Origin: Pseudomonadota bacterium
Lineage (GTDB): Bacteria; Pseudomonadota; Alphaproteobacteria; Acetobacterales; Acetobacteraceae
Assembly: GCA_021798575.1 (NCBI GenBank)
Contig: JAJZGI010000004.1
Location: forward strand, 845 to 64,844
DNA: 64,000 nt
Direction: 5' to 3'
Shown here: positions 21,941 through 30,695 of the stretch, piece after piece
Layout of the letters: each line of letters starts with the position of its first letter
How positions within the stretch are numbered: position 1 is the first letter of the stretch
Position numbers and translations under genes: made by a program
The notes under the pieces: model-generated
The model's database searches: none
Seen by the model: the letters and a program-made list of their open reading frames with translations, nothing else
What the model was told of the DNA's origin: nothing

Positions 21941-21970
21941 TTGACGGGAATTTTTACCGCGCAATAAAAT
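21941..21970 (+). promoter_or_regulatory. Sigma70-like promoter motif on the plus strand
   Basis: TTGACG (21941-21946), an 18-nt spacer, then TAAAAT (21965-21970). It points antisense into ftsB, with no plus-strand gene downstream. Confidence 0.25.
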
Positions 21971-22029
21971 TTCACCACGCGGCCGGAACGCCAATCGTCC
22001 GCTGACCTCTGGCGGGTTAAATCGTTTGA

Positions 22030-22404
22030 TTATTTGCCCGGTTTATTTTGCGGCAGCTCGACCACGAGGTCGTTCGGGTTCGCGAGGTTGAGCACCGCGC
22101 GCGCCTGGCCATCCAGCATATCCCCGGCGATCGACGGGCCGGAGAGGTCCTGCACCCGGGTCTGCCATTGGGTGAGCTGCGCGTTCACCGACACCAGGCT
22201 CTGCTGCGCCTGGGCGAGCTGCGCGCGCTGACGGTCCTGGGCTTGCAGCCCGCTCGTGCCATGCACCACGTTCCAGCCGAAATAGGCGGTGATGACCAGA
22301 AACAGGACCGAAGGTGCCAAGGCACGCAGCCGATATTTTATCGAACGGAGCAAAACTAATCCTAAACCGTTGCGCAGACCGTATGGGGACGGATTCTCTC
22401 GCAT
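22030..22404 (-). CDS. ftsB: Septum formation initiator family protein (FtsB/DivIC-like)
   Basis: 124 aa with one N-terminal transmembrane segment followed by a coiled-coil rich in Gln/Ala. Conserved position upstream of pdhA. Confidence 0.75.
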   Translation of the reverse strand: MRENPSPYGLRNGLGLVLLRSIKYRLRALAPSVLFLVITAYFGWNVVHGTSGLQAQDRQRAQLAQAQQSLVSVNAQLTQWQTRVQDLSGPSIAGDMLDGQARAVLNLANPNDLVVELPQNKPGK

Positions 22405-22461
22405 TCGTCCCGGTTTCGCAAGATGTTTATGCCGCGCAAACCCATTCAGGGCCGGGAAGGA

Positions 22462-22689
22462 TTACGGCGCTACAGCCGTACCAGCACGCAGCTTCCGCAG
22501 CGCCAGGATGACGCGCGGATCCAGCCCTGCGCCGCCTTTGTCCAGGTGTGCATAGATATCCGCCAGCATCCGCCGCTCCCAGAAGCTCCGGATATGGTCC
22601 GCGATCTCATCGACGGCGATATCCTCACGCTGATGGGCGAAGAACTTGCCGATCTGGTTCGCCATATACACATGCCGGTCAGGCGACAT
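22462..22689 (-). CDS. fdsD: Formate dehydrogenase delta subunit
   Basis: 75 aa, MSPDRHVYMANQIGKFFAHQ...IADHIRSFWERRM typical of FdsD. It is the last 75 codons of a longer 292-aa ORF. 11-nt overlap with the fdhD stop. Confidence 0.8.
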   Translation of the reverse strand: MSPDRHVYMANQIGKFFAHQREDIAVDEIADHIRSFWERRMLADIYAHLDKGGAGLDPRVILALRKLRAGTAVAP

Positions 22690-23506
22690 CGCTCTCTGCT
22701 CCAAAAATGACACGTTGAGGGTGGGTGAAAATTTCAAAGCCATCGTCCCGCGCGACGGCGAGCAATGTGATCCCCGCAGCCTCCGCCTCGCGCACCGCGC
22801 GCGCGGTGGGCACCGAGATGGCGACGAGGACCGGCACGCCGAGGGCGGCGGTTTTCTGGATGAGGTCCAACGAAACACGGCTGGTGAGGAACACCACCCC
22901 GTTGGCCGAGGAATCGCCGCGCCTGGCCACCGCGCCGGCCAGTTTATCCAGCGCATTATGCCGACCGATATCCTCACGCAGCAGAATATCCGGCTTTGAG
23001 GGGTTGAAGAAAGCCGCTGCGTGTACCGCCTTTGTCTCCTGGTTGAGGCGTTGCAGACGCGGCAGGCGGGCGGCGGCATCGGCGATGGCCTGGGCCGACA
23101 GGCGCAGCGCGGACTGTACGACCGGCGATGGCCGGGCGGCCTCTTGCAGACTATCCAGCCCGCAGAGCCCACAACCAACCGGCCCCGTGATACGCCGCCG
23201 ACGGTCCGCCAGGGCGGTGCGCCGCTGCGGTGTGAGTGCCATGCGGCACTCGATGCCAGCCTCGACCTGCACGATCTGGAAATCGGTGATCTCATCGGGC
23301 CGGGTGATGATGCCCTCCGCCAGAGAGAAGCCGATGGCAAAATCTTCCAGGTCCTCCGGGCTCGCCATCATCACCGCGAAGGTCGCGCGCTCATAGGTGA
23401 GTGCGACCGCGACCTCCTCGGGCAACGCGCGAACGGACCGAGCCTGCGCGCCACCCCGCCACGCCACGGTCGGCAGGCGCTTTAGCGGAGGCAGCGGCTC
23501 GCTCAT
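22679..23506 (-). CDS. fdhD: Formate dehydrogenase accessory sulfurtransferase FdhD (FdsC)
   Basis: VGCGLCGLDSL cysteine motif and GRHNALDK motif. Confidence 0.9.
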   Translation of the reverse strand: MSEPLPPLKRLPTVAWRGGAQARSVRALPEEVAVALTYERATFAVMMASPEDLEDFAIGFSLAEGIITRPDEITDFQIVQVEAGIECRMALTPQRRTALADRRRRITGPVGCGLCGLDSLQEAARPSPVVQSALRLSAQAIADAAARLPRLQRLNQETKAVHAAAFFNPSKPDILLREDIGRHNALDKLAGAVARRGDSSANGVVFLTSRVSLDLIQKTAALGVPVLVAISVPTARAVREAEAAGITLLAVARDDGFEIFTHPQRVIFGAESDVA

Positions 23507-26343
23507 TCCGCCGCCGGGGCCGTAATCCGGCGGGCATCATCGCTCAGCTTCTGGTAGCTCACCTGCCATTCGGTGGGGCCGTTGGAGGGCGAGATCTGCA
23601 CCGCGGTCACCTTGTATTCCGGGCAGTTCGTCGCCCAGTCCGAGAATTCGGTGGTGATCACGTTCGCCTGCGTCTCCGGGTGATGGAAGGTGGTATAGAC
23701 CACGCCGAGCGCCATCCGGTCGGTGATTCTGGCGCGCAGCGTCGTCTCGCCCGCCCGGCTGGCCAGCTTCACCCAGTCGCCATCCTTGATGCCCCGGTTT
23801 TCAGCGTCGTGGGGATGCAACTCCAGCAGATCCTCCTCGTGCCAGGCGACATTCTCGGTGCGGCGGGTCTGCGCGCCGACGTTATATTGCGAGAGGATAC
23901 GCCCGGTGGTGAGCAGCAGCGGGAAGCGCGCACCCGTGCGCTCGTCGGTCGCCACATAGTCGGTGACGATGAACCGGCCCTTGCCGCGCACAAAATGGTC
24001 GATATGCATCACCGGCGTTCCCTCCGGCGCCTGCGCGTTGCAGGGCCACTGGATCGAGCCCAGCCGGTCCAACGCCGCGAAGGAGACATCGGCGAAGGTC
24101 GGCGTGACCGCCGCGATCTCGTCCATAATCTCGGATGGATGCTGGTAGTGCATATCCATGCCCATCTCATTAGCGAGAAGCTGCGTCACCTCCCAATCTC
24201 CGTAGCCATTCTTCGGCGCCATGACCTTGCGCACGCGCTGGATACGCCGCTCGGCATTGGTGAAGGTGCCGTCTTTTTCCAGGAAGCTGGAGCCGGGCAG
24301 AAACACATGCGCGAAACTGGCACTCTCGTTCAGGAAGAGGTCCTGCACGACCACGCACTCCATGGCGCGCAGGCCGGCTGTCATGTGCTTGGTGTCTGGG
24401 TCCGACTGGACGATGTCCTCGCCCTGGATATACAGGCCCATGAAGCTGCCCGCCATCGCGGCGTCGATCATGTTGGGGATGCGCAGGCCAGGGTCGCCAC
24501 GCAGCGCCACGCCCCATGTATTCTCGAACAATTCCCGCGTCGCCTCATCCGAGACATGGCGATAGCCGGTGAATTCATGCGGAAAACTGCCCATGTCGCA
24601 GGCGCCCTGCACATTGTTCTGGCCGCGCAGCGGGTTCACCCCCACGCCTGGCCGGCCGATGTTGCCGGTCGCCATCGCGAGGTTGGCGATGGCGATGACG
24701 GTGGTGGAGCCCTGGGAGTGCTCGGTCACGCCCAGACCATAATAAATCGCGCCATTGCCGCCGGTGGCGTAGAGCCGCGCCGCCTCGCGGATGAGCTTTG
24801 CTGGCACGCCACACAGGCCCTCGATTGTCTCGGGGCTGTGGCGATCCTGCGCGATGAACTCCGCCCAATCGACAAATTCCGCCATGTCGCAGCGCTCACG
24901 GACGAATGCCTCATCCACTAGGCCTTCGGTGACGATCACATGCGCCAGGGCATTCACCACCGCGACATTGGTGCCGGGCTGTAGCGGCAGGTGAATCTGC
25001 GCCTCCACGTGCGGCGTGCGGATGATATCGATCCGGCGCGGGTCCGCCACGATGAGCTTCGCGCCTTCGCGCAGCCGTTTTTTCATCCGTGAGGCGAAAA
25101 CCGGGTGACCGTCCGTCGGGTTCGCGCCGATGATCAAAATCACATCCGCATGGTCCACGGAGTCGAAATCCTGCGTGCCCGCTGAGGTGCCATAGGTGTT
25201 CTTCAAGCCATAGCCGGTGGGCGAGTGGCAGACACGCGCGCAGGTGTCCACGTTGTTATTGCCAAACCCGGCGCGCACGAGCTTTTGTATCAGGTAGGTC
25301 TCCTCATTCGTGCAGCGCGACGAGGTGATGCCGCCGATCGAATCGGTGCCATATTTGGCCTGGATGCGTTTGAACTCGGCGGCGGTGTACGCGATCGCCT
25401 CTTCCCAGCTCACCTCCCGCCAGGGGTCGGTGATCTTCGCACGGATCATCGGTTTGGTGATCCGGTCCTTGTGCGTCGCGTAGCCCCAGGCGAAGCGGCC
25501 CTTGATGCAGGAATGGCCGTGGTTGGCCTTGCCATCCTTGTAGGGCACCATGCGCACGACCTCCTCGCCGCGCATCTCCGCCTTGAAGGCGCAGCCGACG
25601 CCGCAATAGGCGCAGGTGGTGACCTCGGAATGTTCCGGCTGACCCATCTCAATGACGGATTTTTCCATCAGCGTGGCGGTCGGGCAGGCCTGCACGCAGG
25701 CGCCGCAGGAGACGCATTCCGACTCGAAAAAAGCCTCGTCCATGCCGGCGGAAACCTTGGAGCCAAAGCCGGAGCCCGCAATGGTGAGCGCGAAGGTGCC
25801 CTGCACCTCCTCACAGGCGCGCACACAGCGCGAACAGACGATGCATTTGGCGGGGTCGAACTGAAAATAGGGGTTGGACGTGTCGGCGACGGAGTCCAGA
25901 TGGTTCGCGCCTTCATCGCCATAGCGCACCTCACGCAGGCCGACCGCGCCCGCCATATCCTGGAGTTCGCAGTTGCCATTGGCCGAGCAGGTCAGGCAAT
26001 CCAGCGGATGGTCCGAGATATAGAGCTCCATCACGCCACGGCGCAGCTTCGCAAGTTTGGCGTTCTGCGTGTGGACCACCATGCCTTGGGCCACCGGCGT
26101 GGTGCAGGAGGCGGGCGTACCGGCGCGGCCCTCGATCTCGACCAGGCAGAGCCTGCACGAGCCGAAACTATCCAGCATGTCGGTGGCGCAGAGCTTGGGG
26201 ATCTGGGTGCCGAGTTCCATCGCCGCGCGCATCACCGAGGTGCCCTCCGGTACGCTCACCGTCTGGCCATCGATGCTCAGGCTCACCAGCTTCGTGTTGC
26301 TGCTCGCCTTGGTACCGTAGTCGATTTCGTGAATCAGGCCCAT
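23503..26343 (-). CDS. fdsA: NAD-dependent formate dehydrogenase alpha subunit (molybdopterin, Cys type)
   Basis: N-terminal 2Fe-2S and 4Fe-4S Cys clusters and a molybdopterin domain. ARVCHSPT is the active-site region and has Cys rather than an in-frame TGA. Confidence 0.93.
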   Translation of the reverse strand: MGLIHEIDYGTKASSNTKLVSLSIDGQTVSVPEGTSVMRAAMELGTQIPKLCATDMLDSFGSCRLCLVEIEGRAGTPASCTTPVAQGMVVHTQNAKLAKLRRGVMELYISDHPLDCLTCSANGNCELQDMAGAVGLREVRYGDEGANHLDSVADTSNPYFQFDPAKCIVCSRCVRACEEVQGTFALTIAGSGFGSKVSAGMDEAFFESECVSCGACVQACPTATLMEKSVIEMGQPEHSEVTTCAYCGVGCAFKAEMRGEEVVRMVPYKDGKANHGHSCIKGRFAWGYATHKDRITKPMIRAKITDPWREVSWEEAIAYTAAEFKRIQAKYGTDSIGGITSSRCTNEETYLIQKLVRAGFGNNNVDTCARVCHSPTGYGLKNTYGTSAGTQDFDSVDHADVILIIGANPTDGHPVFASRMKKRLREGAKLIVADPRRIDIIRTPHVEAQIHLPLQPGTNVAVVNALAHVIVTEGLVDEAFVRERCDMAEFVDWAEFIAQDRHSPETIEGLCGVPAKLIREAARLYATGGNGAIYYGLGVTEHSQGSTTVIAIANLAMATGNIGRPGVGVNPLRGQNNVQGACDMGSFPHEFTGYRHVSDEATRELFENTWGVALRGDPGLRIPNMIDAAMAGSFMGLYIQGEDIVQSDPDTKHMTAGLRAMECVVVQDLFLNESASFAHVFLPGSSFLEKDGTFTNAERRIQRVRKVMAPKNGYGDWEVTQLLANEMGMDMHYQHPSEIMDEIAAVTPTFADVSFAALDRLGSIQWPCNAQAPEGTPVMHIDHFVRGKGRFIVTDYVATDERTGARFPLLLTTGRILSQYNVGAQTRRTENVAWHEEDLLELHPHDAENRGIKDGDWVKLASRAGETTLRARITDRMALGVVYTTFHHPETQANVITTEFSDWATNCPEYKVTAVQISPSNGPTEWQVSYQKLSDDARRITAPAAE

Positions 26344-26352
26344 ATGGTCCTC

Positions 26353-27894
26353 CTATTGCGCGGCGACCGGCATTACAGCCGGTGCGAAATCTTCAGGGAA
26401 ATGGCGGATCGCGCTCATCACCGGGTAGGGCGTGAAGCCACCCAGCGCGCAGAGCGAGCCGAACTTCATCGTCTCGCACAGCTCCTGCACGAGGCTGAGG
26501 TTCTGCACCGGGTCCTGCCCGGTGATGATCCGGTCGATCACCTCAGCGCCGCGAACCGCGCCGATGCGGCACGGCGTGCATTTGCCGCACGATTCATGGG
26601 CGCAGAATTCCATGGCGAAGCGCGCCATCCTGGCCATGTCCACCGCATCGTCGAACACCACCAGCCCGCCATGGCCGATCAGCCCGTCACGCGCGGTGAA
26701 TGCCTCGTAGTCATATTCCGTATCGAACAATGCGGGCGGAAAGTACGCGCCCAGAGGCCCGCCGGCCTGCACCGCGCGCACCGGGCGGCCAGTGGCGCTG
26801 CCACCACCGACATCCTGCACCAGCTCGCCCAGCGTGATGCCGAACGCGACCTCGAACAAACCGCCGTGTTTGACATTGCCCGCGATCTGCACCGGCATCG
26901 TGCCGCGCGAGCGGCCCATGCCATAATCGGCATAGGCTTTGGCGCCCTTTTCGAAAATGAAAGGAATGGTGGCAAACGAGATGGTGTTGTTCACGATCGT
27001 CGGCTTGCCAAACAACCCGACCAGCGCTGGAATCGGCGGTTTGGCGCGGACCTGGCCGCGTTTGCCCTCGAGACTATCCAGCAGCGCTGTCTCCTCGCCG
27101 CACACATAGGCGCCAGCGCCCACGCGCACCTGGAGCTCGAACGCATGAGCCGAGCCCATCACCGCCGCGCCCAGCATTCCGGCGCGCTCCGCCTTGGCGA
27201 TGGCCGCGTTCATGGTGCTGATGGCGTGCGGATATTCCGAGCGCAGATAGATATAGCCCCGGCTGGCACCCACCGCGACGGCGGCGATCGTCATGCCCTC
27301 GATCAAGGCAAACGGGTCGCCCTCCATGATCATTCGGTCGGCGAAGGTGCCGGAATCGCCCTCATCGGCGTTGCAGACGATGTATTTTTGCGGCCCCGGA
27401 GCGGTGCGCACCGTCTCCCATTTGATACCGGTGGGGAAGCCAGCACCACCACGCCCACGCAGGCCGGAGGCCTTGACCTCGGCCACCGTATCGGCGGCAC
27501 CGAGGCTTAGCGCCCGGGCCAGCCCGGTGTAGCCGCCGTGGGCGCGGTAGTCCTCCAGGTCCAGCGGGTCGATCACGCCGCAGCGGGCGAAGGTGAGCCG
27601 GTGCTGGCGGGCAAAAAACGGTATCTCCTCTACCTTGCCCAGCGCCTTGGGGTGCGCCGCAGGGTCCGCGAACAAGCCAGGAATATCGGCCAGCGTGAAG
27701 GGGCCAAAACCGATCCGCCCATCGGGCATATCCAGCTCCACCAGGGGCTCCAGCCAGAGCATGCCGCGTGAGCCATTGCGGATGACCTGCACATCCACGC
27801 CCAGCGTTTTGGCATGGGCGCGCACGGCGGTTGCGATTTTATCCGCGCCAACCGCCAGCGCCGCCGCGTCCCGCGGGATGAAGATGCGCATCAC
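26353..27894 (-). CDS. fdsB: Formate dehydrogenase beta subunit (NuoF-like)
   Basis: GLRGRGGAGFPTG FMN/NAD motif and ESCGKCTPCR 4Fe-4S motif. Confidence 0.93.
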   Translation of the reverse strand: MMRIFIPRDAAALAVGADKIATAVRAHAKTLGVDVQVIRNGSRGMLWLEPLVELDMPDGRIGFGPFTLADIPGLFADPAAHPKALGKVEEIPFFARQHRLTFARCGVIDPLDLEDYRAHGGYTGLARALSLGAADTVAEVKASGLRGRGGAGFPTGIKWETVRTAPGPQKYIVCNADEGDSGTFADRMIMEGDPFALIEGMTIAAVAVGASRGYIYLRSEYPHAISTMNAAIAKAERAGMLGAAVMGSAHAFELQVRVGAGAYVCGEETALLDSLEGKRGQVRAKPPIPALVGLFGKPTIVNNTISFATIPFIFEKGAKAYADYGMGRSRGTMPVQIAGNVKHGGLFEVAFGITLGELVQDVGGGSATGRPVRAVQAGGPLGAYFPPALFDTEYDYEAFTARDGLIGHGGLVVFDDAVDMARMARFAMEFCAHESCGKCTPCRIGAVRGAEVIDRIITGQDPVQNLSLVQELCETMKFGSLCALGGFTPYPVMSAIRHFPEDFAPAVMPVAAQ

Positions 27895-28385
27895 AGGGCC
27901 TCCATCGCCAGTTGTTCGAGGCTGGCAGCATCCAGGCGGCCATGCACCTCATGGTCCAGCAACGCGCTCGGCGCGCAGGCGCACAGGCCAAGGCAATAAA
28001 CCGCCTCCACGGTGAGCCTGCCATCCGGCGTGGTCTGCCCCCAATCCAGGCCTAAGCGCCGGAGCAGATGCTCGGCATTTTCCTCCCCGCCCATGGACTG
28101 GCAGGCCTCCGCCCGGCACAGCTTGAGCACGTGCCGCCCGGCTGGCGCCTGGCGGTAGTCGTGATAAAAAGAGACGACACCATACACCTCGGCACGGCTG
28201 AGGTTGAGGCGCGCGGCGATCAGCCGCATCGCATCCTCCGAGATGAAGCCGAACGCCGCCTGGATGGCGTGCAGAATGGGGAGCATCGGGCCTTCCAGCG
28301 CCATATGCTCCTCGATGATTTGTTCGGCAAAGACAGAGTCCCAAGACTGTGGCGCGTGGACCACGTTTCCCGTGCTATTTTTCAT
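27891..28385 (-). CDS. fdsG: Formate dehydrogenase gamma subunit (NuoE-like)
   Basis: 2Fe-2S Cys pattern CRAEACQS ... CLGLCACAPS. 4-nt overlap with fdsB. Confidence 0.9.
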   Translation of the reverse strand: MKNSTGNVVHAPQSWDSVFAEQIIEEHMALEGPMLPILHAIQAAFGFISEDAMRLIAARLNLSRAEVYGVVSFYHDYRQAPAGRHVLKLCRAEACQSMGGEENAEHLLRRLGLDWGQTTPDGRLTVEAVYCLGLCACAPSALLDHEVHGRLDAASLEQLAMEAL

Positions 28386-28440
28386 GGGGAACTTTTAGTG
28401 CGGATTGCCTATGAAAACAATATCAAAATTCCGTAATATG

Positions 28441-28455
28441 ATAGGATTTTTCTAT
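28441..28455. promoter_or_regulatory. LysR-type T-N11-A box upstream of fdsG
   Basis: ATAGGATTTTTCTAT, i.e. ATAG-N7-CTAT dyad. Lies 56-70 nt upstream of the fdsG start and overlaps the LysR stop codon. Confidence 0.35.
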
Positions 28456-29339
28456 GATTGCCGGGCGAGCGACCGGGCCTGGGCGATCAACGCCTCCGTC
28501 AATGGGGAGAGCGGGTCGCGGTCGAGCACGACCAGGCCGACCTTATGGACCTCCTCTGGCTCCAGGATCGGAATGGCGCGAAGCTGAGCCGCGAGGCCGA
28601 AAACCTGCGCAATTTTTTCCGGCATGACACAGGCCCAGCGGCCTGTTTGGACGTGCGAGACCAGGACGACGATGGAGTTGGATTCAAGGGTGGGGGCGAC
28701 CACGGGACCGGCGTTATTGAGCAGGCGGTTGATGATACGCCTGTTTTGCATATCTGGCGTGAGCAGACAAAGGGGAATTTTGCCGATCTCCGCCCAGGTG
28801 ACGCGCGTGCGCTCGCCCAGCGGGGCCTCCGCCGAGGTGAGGAGCATGTAGCGTTCCTCGTATAATGGCACGGTGCGGACCTTGCCCAGCGGTTCATTGT
28901 CCAGGTACGTCACCCCCGCCTCGACCTCCTGGTTGTGCAGTCGTTGCAGCACCTCTGCCGAGGTGCAGGACAGCACCGAGAAGCTGACTAGCGGATGCTT
29001 TTCCCGGTAGGGGGTCGTGAGTTCGCAGACGCTGGCCAGCGCCGTTGGCACAACGGCGATCCGCAGGAGGCCGTTGAGGCCGCGTTTCAGGCTGTTGAGA
29101 TCATCCCGCATGGCGTGTACCGCGCCGGTGATCTGCCGGGCCCATTCCAGCACGCGCTCACCCTCCGGCGTGAAGCCCTGGAAGCGGGACCGGCGGATGA
29201 CCAGCGGCACGCCCATTTTTTCTTCCAGCACGCGGATGGCGGCGGAGAAGCTGGGCTGCGTCACGCCGCAGGCCTGCGCCGCGCGGCCAAAATTCTGCTC
29301 GCGCGCCAGCACGATGAGGTATTCGAGCCTGTCTAATAT
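28452..29339 (-). CDS. LysR family transcriptional regulator (candidate fds regulator)
   Basis: HTH: LDRLEYLIVLAREQNFGRAAQACGVTQPSFSAAIRVLEEKMG. The track ORF starts at GTG 29312, inside the HTH. The only in-frame start option that keeps the helix is ATA 29339, preceded by GGGGAG at 8 nt. Confidence 0.8.
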   Translation of the reverse strand: MLDRLEYLIVLAREQNFGRAAQACGVTQPSFSAAIRVLEEKMGVPLVIRRSRFQGFTPEGERVLEWARQITGAVHAMRDDLNSLKRGLNGLLRIAVVPTALASVCELTTPYREKHPLVSFSVLSCTSAEVLQRLHNQEVEAGVTYLDNEPLGKVRTVPLYEERYMLLTSAEAPLGERTRVTWAEIGKIPLCLLTPDMQNRRIINRLLNNAGPVVAPTLESNSIVVLVSHVQTGRWACVMPEKIAQVFGLAAQLRAIPILEPEEVHKVGLVVLDRDPLSPLTEALIAQARSLARQS

Positions 29340-29376
29340 GGTGCCCGCTCCCCGCTGGCGTGCTGCTCAGTTGCCA

Positions 29377-30690
29377 TCACCCCGCCGCTTCATCCTCTTC
29401 CTCCAGCCCGAACTGCTGCGCCTCCTCGTCATATTCATATAATTCGGCATAGCGACCCCAGGCGATGACGGTGCGCAACGTCTCCTCGGCATATTCGGGG
29501 GACATATGATCTTCCAGCTCATCGCGGAAGCGCACGGCGGCGGCACGGTGGTTGCTGCGCTGGTCCAGCACGGCGCGGATCGCCCCCACCAGGGGGACAT
29601 GCAAGCGCAGTTGTTCGGCGAAAATCTGCTTGCGCTCCTCGGTCTCGCTCTCGGCAAAATTCCGTCCGGTCTCAGTGAGGATCAGATCACCCTCCTCCAG
29701 CATGGCAAAGCCCAGCATGCTCAGCGTCTCGCCCAGCGGCAGCAGCTCATCGGCCTCATATTGCAGCGCCGCCGCCAGCGCGGGCAGGTCCGCCCGGCCA
29801 TCATAGGGCGCGTTGTGCAAAGTTTCCAGCAGGCCGGCCATCAGGTTGGTCCCCACGGGATGCAGCGGTGTCGCAAAGCCCGTGGTCACGGTGGCCAGCG
29901 CCGCTGGTTTGGGGGCGCGGCGGGTCATGATGCCATAAATATCATCCACCATCTGGCGGAACGCCAGATCGAAACGGTTGCGCGGATGCGCGAACGGCAC
30001 CCGCAGCTCGTGCGCCACCCGCCCAGGGTTGGAGGAGAACACCAGGATACGGTCGCACAGCAGCACCGCCTCCTCGATATTATGCGTCACCATCAGAATG
30101 GATTTCACCGGCAGCTTTTCATCCATCCATAGGTCGATGAGGTCGGTGCGCAGCGTCTCCGCGGTCAGCACATCCAGCGCCGAGAACGGCTCGTCCATCA
30201 GCAGCAGATCCGGGTGCACCACCAGGGCGCGCGCCAGCCCGACGCGCTGGCGCATCCCGCCCGAGAGCTCCTTGGGGTAGGCGGTGTCGTAGCCGCCGAG
30301 GCCGATCAGGTCGATTGCATCCTCCGTCCGCGCCTCACGGTCGGCTTTTTTGATGCCCAACGCCTCCAGCCCGAGCTCCACATTCTCCTGCACGGTGAGC
30401 CATGGGAACAAAGCGAAGCTCTGGAACACCATCGCCACACCCGGCGCCGGGCCGGTGAGATTTTTGCCCCGCCACATTACCTCCCCGGCGGTGGGCTTCA
30501 GCAGGCCGGAGACGATGCGCAGCAGGGTGGATTTGCCCGAGCCCGAGCGCCCGAGCAGCCCCACGATCTCGCCCTCATGCAGGGTGAGGTCGACATCCTC
30601 CAGCACGATGAGGTCCGCGCTCGCGTCCTTATGGTAGGCTTGGCGGCAGTTGCGCACGGTCAGCAATGGCGTTTCGTGGTTCTGGTTCAT
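29377..30690 (-). CDS. ABC transporter ATP-binding protein with about 180-aa C-terminal extension (NitT/TauT-type)
   Basis: Walker A GRSGSGKST, signature LSGGMRQR, Walker B LLLMDEPFSALD. 437 aa. Confidence 0.88.
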   Translation of the reverse strand: MNQNHETPLLTVRNCRQAYHKDASADLIVLEDVDLTLHEGEIVGLLGRSGSGKSTLLRIVSGLLKPTAGEVMWRGKNLTGPAPGVAMVFQSFALFPWLTVQENVELGLEALGIKKADREARTEDAIDLIGLGGYDTAYPKELSGGMRQRVGLARALVVHPDLLLMDEPFSALDVLTAETLRTDLIDLWMDEKLPVKSILMVTHNIEEAVLLCDRILVFSSNPGRVAHELRVPFAHPRNRFDLAFRQMVDDIYGIMTRRAPKPAALATVTTGFATPLHPVGTNLMAGLLETLHNAPYDGRADLPALAAALQYEADELLPLGETLSMLGFAMLEEGDLILTETGRNFAESETEERKQIFAEQLRLHVPLVGAIRAVLDQRSNHRAAAVRFRDELEDHMSPEYAEETLRTVIAWGRYAELYEYDEEAQQFGLEEEDEAAG

Positions 30691-30695
30691 CTACA

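Noticed and set aside
22462-23340. 292-aa ORF overlapping fdhD
   Set aside because: Only its last 75 codons (22462-22689) look like a real protein (FdsD). The rest runs out of frame through fdhD with Arg/Ser/Pro-rich sequence.
23503-26343. Possible selenocysteine (in-frame TGA) in formate dehydrogenase alpha or YdeP
   Set aside because: Both ORFs are uninterrupted. The FdsA active-site region reads VCHSPT with a Cys codon, so there is no recoding signal to look for.
25225-27510. 761-aa plus-strand ORF, the longest unassigned ORF in the track
   Set aside because: It lies entirely antisense to fdsA and fdsB, which have unmistakable motifs. Its translation is Arg/Ala/Gly/His-rich low complexity, typical of shadow ORFs in high-GC DNA.
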